DNA of 32,000 nucleotides from Geotalea uraniireducens Rf4. Lineage in GTDB: Bacteria; Desulfobacterota; Desulfuromonadia; Geobacterales; Geobacteraceae. The translations under genes and the position numbers were made by a program. Shown in pieces: positions 19,345-26,580 of this stretch. Position 1 is the first letter of the stretch. Every line of letters starts with the position of its first letter. The stretch spans positions 4,890,001 through 4,922,000 of the forward strand of contig NC_009483.1 of assembly GCF_000016745.1 (NCBI RefSeq), given 5' to 3'. Below the pieces are notes generated by a model. The model was given only the letters and a program-made list of their open reading frames with translations. It was not told where the DNA came from and did not search any database.

Positions 19345-20034
19345 ATGGTTCATCCCTATCTTTTCCTGCAGTTTTTTCGTAAGCTTCTGGAGCCACTGCA
19401 CATTTCTGAGGCCGGTGCAGACGCAATCGCCTACACATGGCTGATAATCGCCCTTCTGCTCATTCTTTCCATGCTTGCCACCAAGGGGTTGAAAACCGTT
19501 CCTGGCGGTCTGCAGAATTTCATGGAAGTTATCATCGGCGGCGTTGAAAACATGGTCGTAGAAACGATGGGGCATCACGGCAAGCCCTTTTTCCCGCTGA
19601 TCGCGACCCTGGCAATTTTTATTCTCGTCTCCAACCTTATCGGCCTGGTACCCGGCTTTTTCCCACCGACAGCCAACATCAACACCACCGCAGCCTGTGC
19701 TGTAATCGTCTTTGTCACCACCCACGTCGTCGGCATCAAGGAACACGGCTTCAAGTACATCAAACACTTTCTCGGCCCCATTCTCTGGCTGGCGCCGATG
19801 ATGTTTTTTATTGAAGTGATCGGCCATTTCAGCAGGGTGATTTCACTTACCCTCCGTCTTTTCGGCAATATGAACGGTCATGAACTCGTGCTGATGATTT
19901 TCTTCGGCCTGGCACCATTTCTGGTACCGCTGCCGATGATGCTCATGGGTGTGCTGGTTTCCTTCATCCAGGCTTTCGTCTTCATGCTCCTGGCCATGAT
20001 CTACATTCAGGGATCCCTTGAAGAAGGGCACTAA
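19345..20034 (+). CDS. atpB: F0F1 ATP synthase subunit a
   Basis: 229 aa with the conserved LTLRLFGNM (essential Arg) motif and a C-terminal helix pair. Confidence 0.95.
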   Translation: MVHPYLFLQFFRKLLEPLHISEAGADAIAYTWLIIALLLILSMLATKGLKTVPGGLQNFMEVIIGGVENMVVETMGHHGKPFFPLIATLAIFILVSNLIGLVPGFFPPTANINTTAACAVIVFVTTHVVGIKEHGFKYIKHFLGPILWLAPMMFFIEVIGHFSRVISLTLRLFGNMNGHELVLMIFFGLAPFLVPLPMMLMGVLVSFIQAFVFMLLAMIYIQGSLEEGH

Positions 20035-20136
20035 AAGCATTTAGTAAATGATGGATAATCTATAACTATTTACCATCAACCATAACCGATTTTCCTATAC
20101 TATTTAGGAGATATTTCAAAACAAAGGAGAAAGAAA

Positions 20137-20412
20137 ATGAGTTTTTTTACAATGTGTGTTCTCGCAGCTGGCATCGGTATGGCACTCGGCACCCTCGGAA
20201 CCGGCATCGGTCAGGGTCTCGCCGTTAAGAGTGCAGTTGAGGGCGTATCAAGGAATCCGGGCGCTTCCGGCAAAATCCTCACAACCATGATGATCGGTCT
20301 GGCCATGATCGAGTCTCTGGCAATCTATGCCCTGGTTGTGTGTCTGATCATCCTCTTCGCCAACCCTTACAAAGAAATCGCCCTTGAACTGGCAAAAACC
20401 GTTGCAAAGTAA
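20137..20412 (+). CDS. atpE: F0F1 ATP synthase subunit c
   Basis: 91 aa forming a helical hairpin with a G-rich helix 1 and the carboxylate in MIESLAIYALV. AAAGGAGA SD. Confidence 0.95.
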   Translation: MSFFTMCVLAAGIGMALGTLGTGIGQGLAVKSAVEGVSRNPGASGKILTTMMIGLAMIESLAIYALVVCLIILFANPYKEIALELAKTVAK

Positions 20413-20430
20413 TTGACTTTTTAAAGTCGT

Positions 20431-20468
20431 AAAAAAGGGTGTGCCGTTTCGGCGCACCCTTTTTTTTT
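20431..20468 (+). terminator. Intrinsic terminator after atpE
   Basis: AAGGGTGTGCC-gtttc-GGCGCACCCTT (one G-U pair) is followed by a run of T's extending to 20468. A6 upstream makes the structure formally bidirectional. Confidence 0.85.
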
Positions 20469-20525
20469 GACTTGCAGAAATGCATTCTGACGAGGATCGG
20501 TAATATCCCGGCAAAAAAACGCAGC

Positions 20526-20564
20526 ACTTAAAAGGGCAGACCGGCAACGGCCGCCCTTTTAAGT
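20526..20564. other. Orphan extended hairpin (12-bp perfect stem ACTTAAAAGGGC/GCCCTTTTAAGT enclosing a 3-bp stem with a GCAA loop); terminator-like on the minus strand
   Basis: Read directly from the sequence. On the minus strand it is followed, after 6 nt, by T7 (plus-strand A-run 20513-20519). No minus-strand gene lies upstream of it. Confidence 0.4.
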
Positions 20565-20707
20565 TGACGCTAAAAAACACATCGCTACTTTTAGTTATGG
20601 TAAATCAATTTAAATAATGATAAAAATAGCAAAAGAGTCAACATCCTTTGCAGATCTCGCCCAACCTGCCGATATGGAACAATATTTTAGAACAAGGGGA
20701 TTAGAAC

Positions 20708-22153
20708 ATGAACAACCAGAAACAGGAAGTCTATTTGAAAGATTGGCAAAGTCACGAGGAGCATGCGGAATTGATGCTTCCAATGATCGGCCGCCTCTAT
20801 CGTGACCACAACGTCGTCACCACCGTCTATGGGCGCTCGCTGGTACACAGCGCGACAATCGACATCCTGAAGGCGCACCGCTTCGCCCGGCTCATTCTGG
20901 ACAACGAACTCACGGTGCGGGAAACCTTCCCCGTCCTCGAGGCAATGTCCAAACTCGACCTTGCTCCGGCGCGGATCGACTTGGGGAAGCTGACCGTCCG
21001 CTACCAGGCACAGGGCAACTGCGAGAGTGTAGACGATTTTGTCCGCCGGGAACTGGCGGACGTCAACACGGGACGCAGCCCAATTCTGGATGAGCCGCGG
21101 GACATAGTACTCTACGGTTTTGGCCGGATCGGCCGTCTGCTCGCCCGCGTCCTGATCGAAAAGTCCGGCAGCGGTGAAAAACTTCGGCTACGGGCCGCCG
21201 TGGTGCGAAAGGGAAGCACCGACGACCTGGTCAAACGCGCGAGCCTTTTGCGGCGCGACTCGGTACACGGCCACTTCCAAGGCATCATCACCATCGACGA
21301 GGAGGAAAACGCCATAATCGCCAATGGCAACATGATCCGCATCATTTATGCCGACGCCCCCGAAAGCGTCGATTACACCCGCTTCGGCATTCACAATGCG
21401 ATTTTGATCGACAACACCGGCAAATGGCGCGACCGCGACGGCCTCGGCCGGCACCTGAAGGCAGAAGGAATCTCTAAAGTGATCCTCACAGCCCCCGGCA
21501 AAGGGGATATCCCAAATATCGTTGCCGGGGTGAACAACGAGCTGATCACGCAGGAAGAGCAGCTTTTCTCCGCCGCCAGCTGCACCACGAATGCAATAGT
21601 GCCTGTGCTCAAGACTGTCAACGACCGCTTCGGCATTGTCAACGGCCATGTAGAAACCTGCCATTCCTACACCAACGATCAAAACCTTATCGACAACTAC
21701 CACAAAAATTCACGCCGCGGCCGCAGCGCTCCCCTCAACATGGTCATCACCGAAACTGGCGCCGCCAAGGCTGTTGCGAAGGTCATTCCTGAACTGACCG
21801 GCAAACTGACCGGAAACGCCATCCGCGTACCAACCCCTAACGTCTCGCTGGCGATCCTCAACTTGGAGCTGACCCGGGCTACCGATGTCAAGGAGCTGAA
21901 CGGCTACCTGCGCAACATTTCACTGGACTCGCCGCTGCAAAACCAGATCGACTTCACCAATTCCCCAGAGGTCGTTTCCAGCGATTTTGTCGGCTCCCGC
22001 CATGCCGGGGTGATCGACTCGCTGGCGACCATCGTGCAGGGAAATCGCTGCGTCCTCTACGTCTGGTACGACAACGAATTCGGCTACAGCTGTCAGGTCG
22101 TGCGCATGGTCCAGCAGATGGCCGGACTGGATTTCCCGACCATACCCAATTAA
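20708..22153 (+). CDS. Glyceraldehyde-3-phosphate dehydrogenase-family protein, long form with an N-terminal extension of about 130 aa
   Basis: The Rossmann motif LYGFGRIGRLLARV starts near residue 135. The catalytic motif is SAASCTTNAIVP, and the C-terminus WYDNEFGYS is typical of GAPDH. The 481-aa long form resembles the extended Gap paralogs of pseudomonads. Hand-counted GC is about 62% on a 120-nt sample. Confidence 0.85.
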   Translation: MNNQKQEVYLKDWQSHEEHAELMLPMIGRLYRDHNVVTTVYGRSLVHSATIDILKAHRFARLILDNELTVRETFPVLEAMSKLDLAPARIDLGKLTVRYQAQGNCESVDDFVRRELADVNTGRSPILDEPRDIVLYGFGRIGRLLARVLIEKSGSGEKLRLRAAVVRKGSTDDLVKRASLLRRDSVHGHFQGIITIDEEENAIIANGNMIRIIYADAPESVDYTRFGIHNAILIDNTGKWRDRDGLGRHLKAEGISKVILTAPGKGDIPNIVAGVNNELITQEEQLFSAASCTTNAIVPVLKTVNDRFGIVNGHVETCHSYTNDQNLIDNYHKNSRRGRSAPLNMVITETGAAKAVAKVIPELTGKLTGNAIRVPTPNVSLAILNLELTRATDVKELNGYLRNISLDSPLQNQIDFTNSPEVVSSDFVGSRHAGVIDSLATIVQGNRCVLYVWYDNEFGYSCQVVRMVQQMAGLDFPTIPN

Positions 22154-22184
22154 TTCCGAGACCATTCGCAATCCCGCCCCGATC

Positions 22185-22252
22185 GGGTAGGAGGCGGGAT
22201 TGCTCCCGCCGTCCTCCCACACCACCGTGCGTACGGTTCCGTACACGGCGGT
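22185..22252 (-). ncRNA. Group II intron domains V and VI
   Basis: Domain V (DV) is ACCGCCGTGTACGG-AACC-GTACGCACGGTGGT, folding as a roughly 13-bp helix with a 2-nt 3'-strand bulge. Domain VI (DVI) is GGGAGGAC-GGCGGGA-GCAA-TCCCGCC-T-CCT[A]CCC, with a bulged branch-point-like A. Folded by eye only. Confidence 0.7.
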
Positions 22253-23656
22253 TCATGAAGTACGTTGAAGTCGGTGAAGCTGGTCTATGAGTGATACCAG
22301 CCCCAGTTTGTCGAAGTAGAATTTCGGAACAGCTTTGTTCATATGCGCGGCCCCTGCATTCCACCAGGGGCCGCGGCCGTTTGTGGCCGACCGCCATGCA
22401 GTTGCCTCCGATAATCCCCGCCGCATCAGTTTCTTTGCTCGCGTCTTGGGGCGCTTCCACTGCTTCCAGAGAATGCGACGCAGTTTACGTCTCAGCCATC
22501 CGTCCAGTTCCTCGAAGATGCCTTTTACTTCCGCGTACCGAAAGTAGTTTAACCAACCCCTAAGTTTCGGGGTTGTCTCTTCAACGGTGGTTTGGATGTT
22601 CTGACCCCTTCCCCGCCTAAAGATCGTCTTGAGGTTGGCCTTGAGCCTGGCAGCCGCTTTCTTGGCCACGGTAAGCCGCGGTTTGCGGTGCCGGGTCATG
22701 CTGTAACTCAGAAACGACCTTTTCCACGGACGGTCAACCGCGCTTTTGCCCTGGTTGACCGTGAGCTTGAGCCGCTCGGACAGGTAGCCGGTAATTGAGG
22801 CCATGACACGCTCGCCGCTTCTCCTCGTTGCAACATAGATATTTGCGTCGTCGGCATAGCGGCAGAACTTATGGCCCCTTCTTTCCAGTTTCTTGTCCAG
22901 TTCGTCGAGGAGGATGTTGGACAGCAGCGGCGAGAGAGGCCCGCCTTGCGGCGTGCCTTCCAACCGGGGTGACGTCACTCCTCCTTCAAGTATCCCTGCC
23001 TTAAGGTAGCTGTCGATAAGGGACAGCACCAGACGGTCTCCAACCTTGCGTTTCACCAGCGACATAAGGGTGTCGTGGTGGACTCGGTCGAAAAATTTCT
23101 CAAGGTCAATGTCAACCACCCACCTAAGGCCGCTCTCTACATACTTCCGAGCTGCCTTGATCGCTTGATGGGCGCTCCGTCCAGGGCGAAACCCGTGGGA
23201 ACTTATGGAGAAACCAGGGTCGAACAGCGGGCTCAAAACTTGATGCACCGCCTGCTGAATGAGTCGGTCAAGGACGGTGGGAATTCCCAGCATCCGTGTG
23301 CCGCCTCCCGGTTTGGGAATTTCTACTTTCCGCACCGGTTGCGGGTGATACGTTCCCGTCAGCAGTTCTTCTCTGATGCGCGGCCATTCCTCCTGTAGGT
23401 AGCCCTTCAGGGCCGTTACCGGCATGTTATCGACGCCGGGCGCTCCCTTGTTGCGCATTACCCGTGAGTATGCCGCCATCATGTTGCCGCGACTGACGAT
23501 CTTCTCCATCAGTCCCGTTGCCGCTTCCGGCCAGTGAGCTGCTTTCCTTCCCGTGACGTTTGCCGCACCTCTCCCTTTCTCTCGCGGTTTCCAACCGCTA
23601 CCCTCCGGGCTGGCGCCGGGTATCCCAACCCGGCCTTCTGCTGCTCCTGTCGTCAT
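22253..23656 (-). CDS. Group II intron reverse transcriptase/maturase (no endonuclease domain)
   Basis: The N-terminal RT-0 region is LMEKIVSRGNMMAAYSRVMRNKGAPGVDN, RT motif 5 is FCRYADDANIY, and the maturase X domain is RGWLNYFRYA. The C-terminus has no Cys/His-rich HNH region. The exact start is uncertain (ATG 23656 or a downstream codon). Confidence 0.92.
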   Translation of the reverse strand: MTTGAAEGRVGIPGASPEGSGWKPREKGRGAANVTGRKAAHWPEAATGLMEKIVSRGNMMAAYSRVMRNKGAPGVDNMPVTALKGYLQEEWPRIREELLTGTYHPQPVRKVEIPKPGGGTRMLGIPTVLDRLIQQAVHQVLSPLFDPGFSISSHGFRPGRSAHQAIKAARKYVESGLRWVVDIDLEKFFDRVHHDTLMSLVKRKVGDRLVLSLIDSYLKAGILEGGVTSPRLEGTPQGGPLSPLLSNILLDELDKKLERRGHKFCRYADDANIYVATRRSGERVMASITGYLSERLKLTVNQGKSAVDRPWKRSFLSYSMTRHRKPRLTVAKKAAARLKANLKTIFRRGRGQNIQTTVEETTPKLRGWLNYFRYAEVKGIFEELDGWLRRKLRRILWKQWKRPKTRAKKLMRRGLSEATAWRSATNGRGPWWNAGAAHMNKAVPKFYFDKLGLVSLIDQLHRLQRTS

Positions 23657-24111
23657 CGAAACTCAAGGCTCCTGTCCGCTTACTTCAAGTTCGGCCCTTT
23701 GTCGGTCGGTTATTCCGACTCGTATGGCCTCTGCTGACTTCTGCCAACCCATCCCGGCACCTCTCGATGCCGGTAGCACAAGGCAGGTTGACAGACCTCC
23801 CAGGGTAATGCGCGTGACCTTCATCCCATATACCCGCCGCATCTACTTCCACATCTTTCTGGATGGTTATCGGGCTTTGAATCTGTTTGCCTTCTCGCCC
23901 AGATGTGGCTGCCTCATATGCGATTCCTGTTCGTCGGGCCAGGACTTTGCCTACAGCTTCCTTCAGATTCCGGGTCGCCCCGGACACCCTTGCTGTTCAG
24001 CTATCGGTTCCCACCATCAGGGTCCGAAGAGGACTTTCACCTCCAAGTCACCAATCAGGCACCATACCCAATTGGATGGCGCTTACGCGCCACGCGCCAT
24101 GCCTGGCGCAC

Positions 24112-24152
24112 AAACGAGAAAGGCCCGCTCCACGCGGGCCTTTCTGTTTTTT
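24112..24152. terminator. Bidirectional intrinsic terminator between pepA (-) and the gap-like gene (+); 5' exon of the intron
   Basis: The 12-bp stem AGAAAGGCCCGC/GCGGGCCTTTCT (24117-24145) has a 5-nt loop. On the plus strand it is followed by GTTTTTT. On the minus strand it is followed by CGTTT and then directly by the intron GTGCG. Confidence 0.85.
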
Positions 24153-24209
24153 GACACCGCAGACACCAATGATCACTACGTTTTAAGTGATCGCAGGCGC
24201 AGTGAGGCG

Positions 24210-25697
24210 TCATTTCAATCCCCGCAGGTACTCCACCAGCAGCCTCACCCCGACCCCAGTCGCACCCTTCGGCCGATAGGGACGCCCCTTCTCTTCCCAG
24301 GATGTTCCGGCTATGTCCAGGTGCGCCCACGCAGTCTTACCGACAAATTTATGTAAAAACCACCCCGCAGAGATGGAAGCCCCGCTTGGCCCGCCGGCGT
24401 TTTTCATGTCGGCAATATCACTTTCCATCAGTTCACCGTATTCATCCCATAGAGGTAGTTCCCAGACCCGCTCACCACTTACCTCACCCGCCCGTTTCAG
24501 TGAGCGCGTCAACCCTTCGTCATTTCCCATTAACCCCGTGGCAAAATTTCCCAAGGCAATGACACAGGCGCCGGTCAAGGTAGCAATATCTATGAGCGCT
24601 GCTGGTTTGTACCTTTGGGCAAAATAAAGCGCATCGCACAAAAGGAGGCGACCCTCGGCATCGGTATTGACGATCTCTATGGTCTGACCGGACATGGACC
24701 TGACGATATCACCCGGCTTGTAGGCTCCGCCACCCGGCAGGTTCTCCGCCGCCGGAATCAGTCCGACGACGTTCTGGCTAAGCTTCAGCGCAGCAACAGC
24801 CATCATGGTCCCCATGACCGCCGCTGCCCCGGCCATGTCGTCTTTCATCTTCTCCATGCCTTCCCGCGGTTTGAGCGAAATGCCGCCGGAATCAAACGTG
24901 ACCCCCTTCCCTACCAGAACCGTCACAGCATCATCTTCACCCCCGCCCCGGTATTCGAGAATTATAAACTTGGGCGGCTCATGAGATCCCTTTGCCACGG
25001 CAAGGAGGGCGTTCATGGAGTTTTGCGCCATCTCCTCCCGCTCCAAAACCGTGCAGCTGAGTCCATATCTTGCGGCAATTTCGCGCCCCTTTTCAGCCAG
25101 ATAAGAGGGGACAAGAACATTCCCCGGCTGAGACACGAGATCGCGGGCGAAACGGACAGCGTCGCATATCGTTGCGGTTTCAGCCAGGACCTTGTTTACA
25201 TTGTAATCAAGGTCTCCCGCCTCGGCAAAAAGCAATGTGGCCTCTTCCAGATCGGTTTTAGGTTCTTTTCCCGTTTTGTACTCGTCAAAGGAATAAGAAC
25301 CCAGGGCGAACCCCTCCACTGTTGCCGTCAATGTCTCGGCGCCTCTGTCCCGAGCCAGATGAAGAATAGAAGAGAGCTTACGGACACCAACCGGACGGAG
25401 GGCTGTTGCCGCAGCACCGGCTGCTTGCCTTAGCCTGTCGCTGTTCAATTCTTCATTATTGCCGAGTCCGACCAATAAAAGTCGCTCAGCCGGGAGCTTG
25501 CCGAAGGTATTAAGCAGCTTTACTTTGTTGAGCTCTCCGGTAAATTCCCGCTGCTCATAGATAGAGCTGAGGCCTCCTCCCAGAGCCTCATCAAGATCGT
25601 CAAAAAACCGGCCCCTGAAACCATCCACATAACAGCCCACCACAAGAACCCGACATACATGTTTCAACGGGTCGTCAACCAACTGTGCAAATTCCAT
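24210..25697 (-). CDS. pepA: Leucyl aminopeptidase (M17 family)
   Basis: The signature is NTDAEGRLLLCDAL, with metal-binding region VGKGVTFDSGG. The ORF-track start at 25847 would overlap the divergent PHP gene. ATG 25697 has AGGAGG 7 nt upstream and gives 495 aa. Confidence 0.93.
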   Translation of the reverse strand: MEFAQLVDDPLKHVCRVLVVGCYVDGFRGRFFDDLDEALGGGLSSIYEQREFTGELNKVKLLNTFGKLPAERLLLVGLGNNEELNSDRLRQAAGAAATALRPVGVRKLSSILHLARDRGAETLTATVEGFALGSYSFDEYKTGKEPKTDLEEATLLFAEAGDLDYNVNKVLAETATICDAVRFARDLVSQPGNVLVPSYLAEKGREIAARYGLSCTVLEREEMAQNSMNALLAVAKGSHEPPKFIILEYRGGGEDDAVTVLVGKGVTFDSGGISLKPREGMEKMKDDMAGAAAVMGTMMAVAALKLSQNVVGLIPAAENLPGGGAYKPGDIVRSMSGQTIEIVNTDAEGRLLLCDALYFAQRYKPAALIDIATLTGACVIALGNFATGLMGNDEGLTRSLKRAGEVSGERVWELPLWDEYGELMESDIADMKNAGGPSGASISAGWFLHKFVGKTAWAHLDIAGTSWEEKGRPYRPKGATGVGVRLLVEYLRGLK

Positions 25698-25778
25698 CCG
25701 GTAACCTCCTGAAATATATACTACATCACTGCAATGAATTATGGCGATTGAATCGGCAAAGCCCCACCAAGGCCTTCC

Positions 25779-25807
25779 TTGACATTTATTGGGCGCTGTG
25801 AAATAGT
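25779..25807 (+). promoter_or_regulatory. Candidate sigma70-type promoter (TTGACA-N17-AATAGT) for the PHP phosphatase gene
   Basis: The -35 hexamer at 25779-25784 is perfect, but the -10 at 25802-25807 is weak. The -10 ends 6 nt before the ATG at 25814, and there is no SD. Confidence 0.3.
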
Positions 25808-25813
25808 CTGCAC

Positions 25814-26527
25814 ATGGAACTAATCGCCGACATGCATACCCACACAATCGCTTCTGGACATGCCTACTCTACTGTCAACGAGCTGGCTGATGCCGCCGCC
25901 AGTATTGGACTTAAAGCCATAGCCTTGACCGATCACGGTCCCGCCCTTCCCGGCGGTCCCCACCTATATCATTTCGGAGCAATGCGTTTCATCCCCAGAG
26001 AACTTTTTGGAGTACGCATTTTCCTCGGCGTCGAGGCAAACATCCTCGATATAGATGGCAGTATCGATCTAACGGATCGCTATCAGGAACGTCTCGATTT
26101 TGTCATGGCCGGACTGCACGAAGGTTGCGGTTTTGATAATCAGGGAATTGAAAGAAACAGCGAAGCCGTTATCAACGCCATGGCAAATCCGCGGATCAAG
26201 GCGATATCACACCCGGGTAATCCGGTTTTCCCGCTCGATTATGAAACGGTTGTAAAAGCCTCGCTGGAAACCGGGACCGCATTGGAGATAAACAATTCCT
26301 CCCTCGGCATCAGTCGCGAAGGAAGCAGGCCAAACTGTGAAAAACTTGCGGCACTCATTGCCCGTTACGGCTCGCCCCTGGTTATCGGCAGCGACGCCCA
26401 TATTGCCCAGGGAGTTGGCGTCTTCGACGATGCACTCGCCCTTCTTGCAAAGACCGGTATTAACGAGAGCCAGGTAGTAAATTCGTCCATGGCTCGACTT
26501 CTGGCATTTCTGGAACTGGATGCATGA
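25814..26527 (+). CDS. PHP-domain metal-dependent phosphatase (YcdX-like)
   Basis: The N-terminus DMHTHTIASGHAYSTVNELA...ALTDHGP matches the PHP motif I/II pattern of YcdX-type proteins. C-terminal GSDAH motif. 237 aa. Confidence 0.85.
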   Translation: MELIADMHTHTIASGHAYSTVNELADAAASIGLKAIALTDHGPALPGGPHLYHFGAMRFIPRELFGVRIFLGVEANILDIDGSIDLTDRYQERLDFVMAGLHEGCGFDNQGIERNSEAVINAMANPRIKAISHPGNPVFPLDYETVVKASLETGTALEINNSSLGISREGSRPNCEKLAALIARYGSPLVIGSDAHIAQGVGVFDDALALLAKTGINESQVVNSSMARLLAFLELDA

Positions 26528-26580
26528 ACCGGTAGCGATGCTTCACAAGCAAACATATCTGCCTGGTTCTGAATCAAAGA

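Larger units (their letters stand above)
22182..24111 (-). mobile_element. Group II intron (about 1.93 kb, apparently intact; class C-like by insertion context)
   Basis: On the minus strand the 5' end is GTGCGCC at 24111. About 455 nt of ribozyme (DI-DIII, with GGTGAAAGTCC and GAAGGAAGC elements) precede the ORF. The RT/maturase ORF lies in DIV. Domain V is at 22252..22221 and domain VI, with a GCAA loop and a bulged A at 22188, is at 22218..22185. The 3' end is estimated at about 22182 (+/-10). Confidence 0.85.

Noticed and set aside
20463-20478. TTTTTTGAC(TT)GCAGA here versus TTTTTTGAC(ACC)GCAGA at 24147-24163, considered as direct repeats or att-like borders of the gap-like gene plus intron island.
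   Set aside because: The similarity is short and imperfect. Both are simply terminator T-tracts followed by a few shared bases, and the adjacent hairpin stems are unrelated.
20248-20580. A 110-aa minus-strand ORF spanning the atpE 3' half and both downstream hairpins.
   Set aside because: It is antisense to atpE and runs through two terminator structures, so it is implausible as a gene.
21188-22460. Minus-strand ORFs of 171, 83, 64, 108 and 168 aa overlapping the gap-like gene and the intron 3' end.
   Set aside because: These are antisense shadow ORFs in a region of about 60% GC. They show no family resemblance, and one spans the gap-like stop codon and intron DV/DVI.
23553-24356. A 267-aa plus-strand ORF, with overlapping ORFs at 23534-23737, 23560-23808, 23887-24186 and 23903-24154.
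   Set aside because: It runs antisense through intron domains I-III, crosses the bidirectional terminator and enters the pepA 3' end. The predicted protein is low-complexity and P/S/R-rich, as expected for a GC-rich shadow frame.
25698-25847. The 50-codon N-terminal extension of pepA given by the ORF track.
   Set aside because: It would overlap the divergent PHP gene start and its promoter. It has no SD, whereas ATG 25697 has AGGAGG at 7 nt and yields a normal M17 length.
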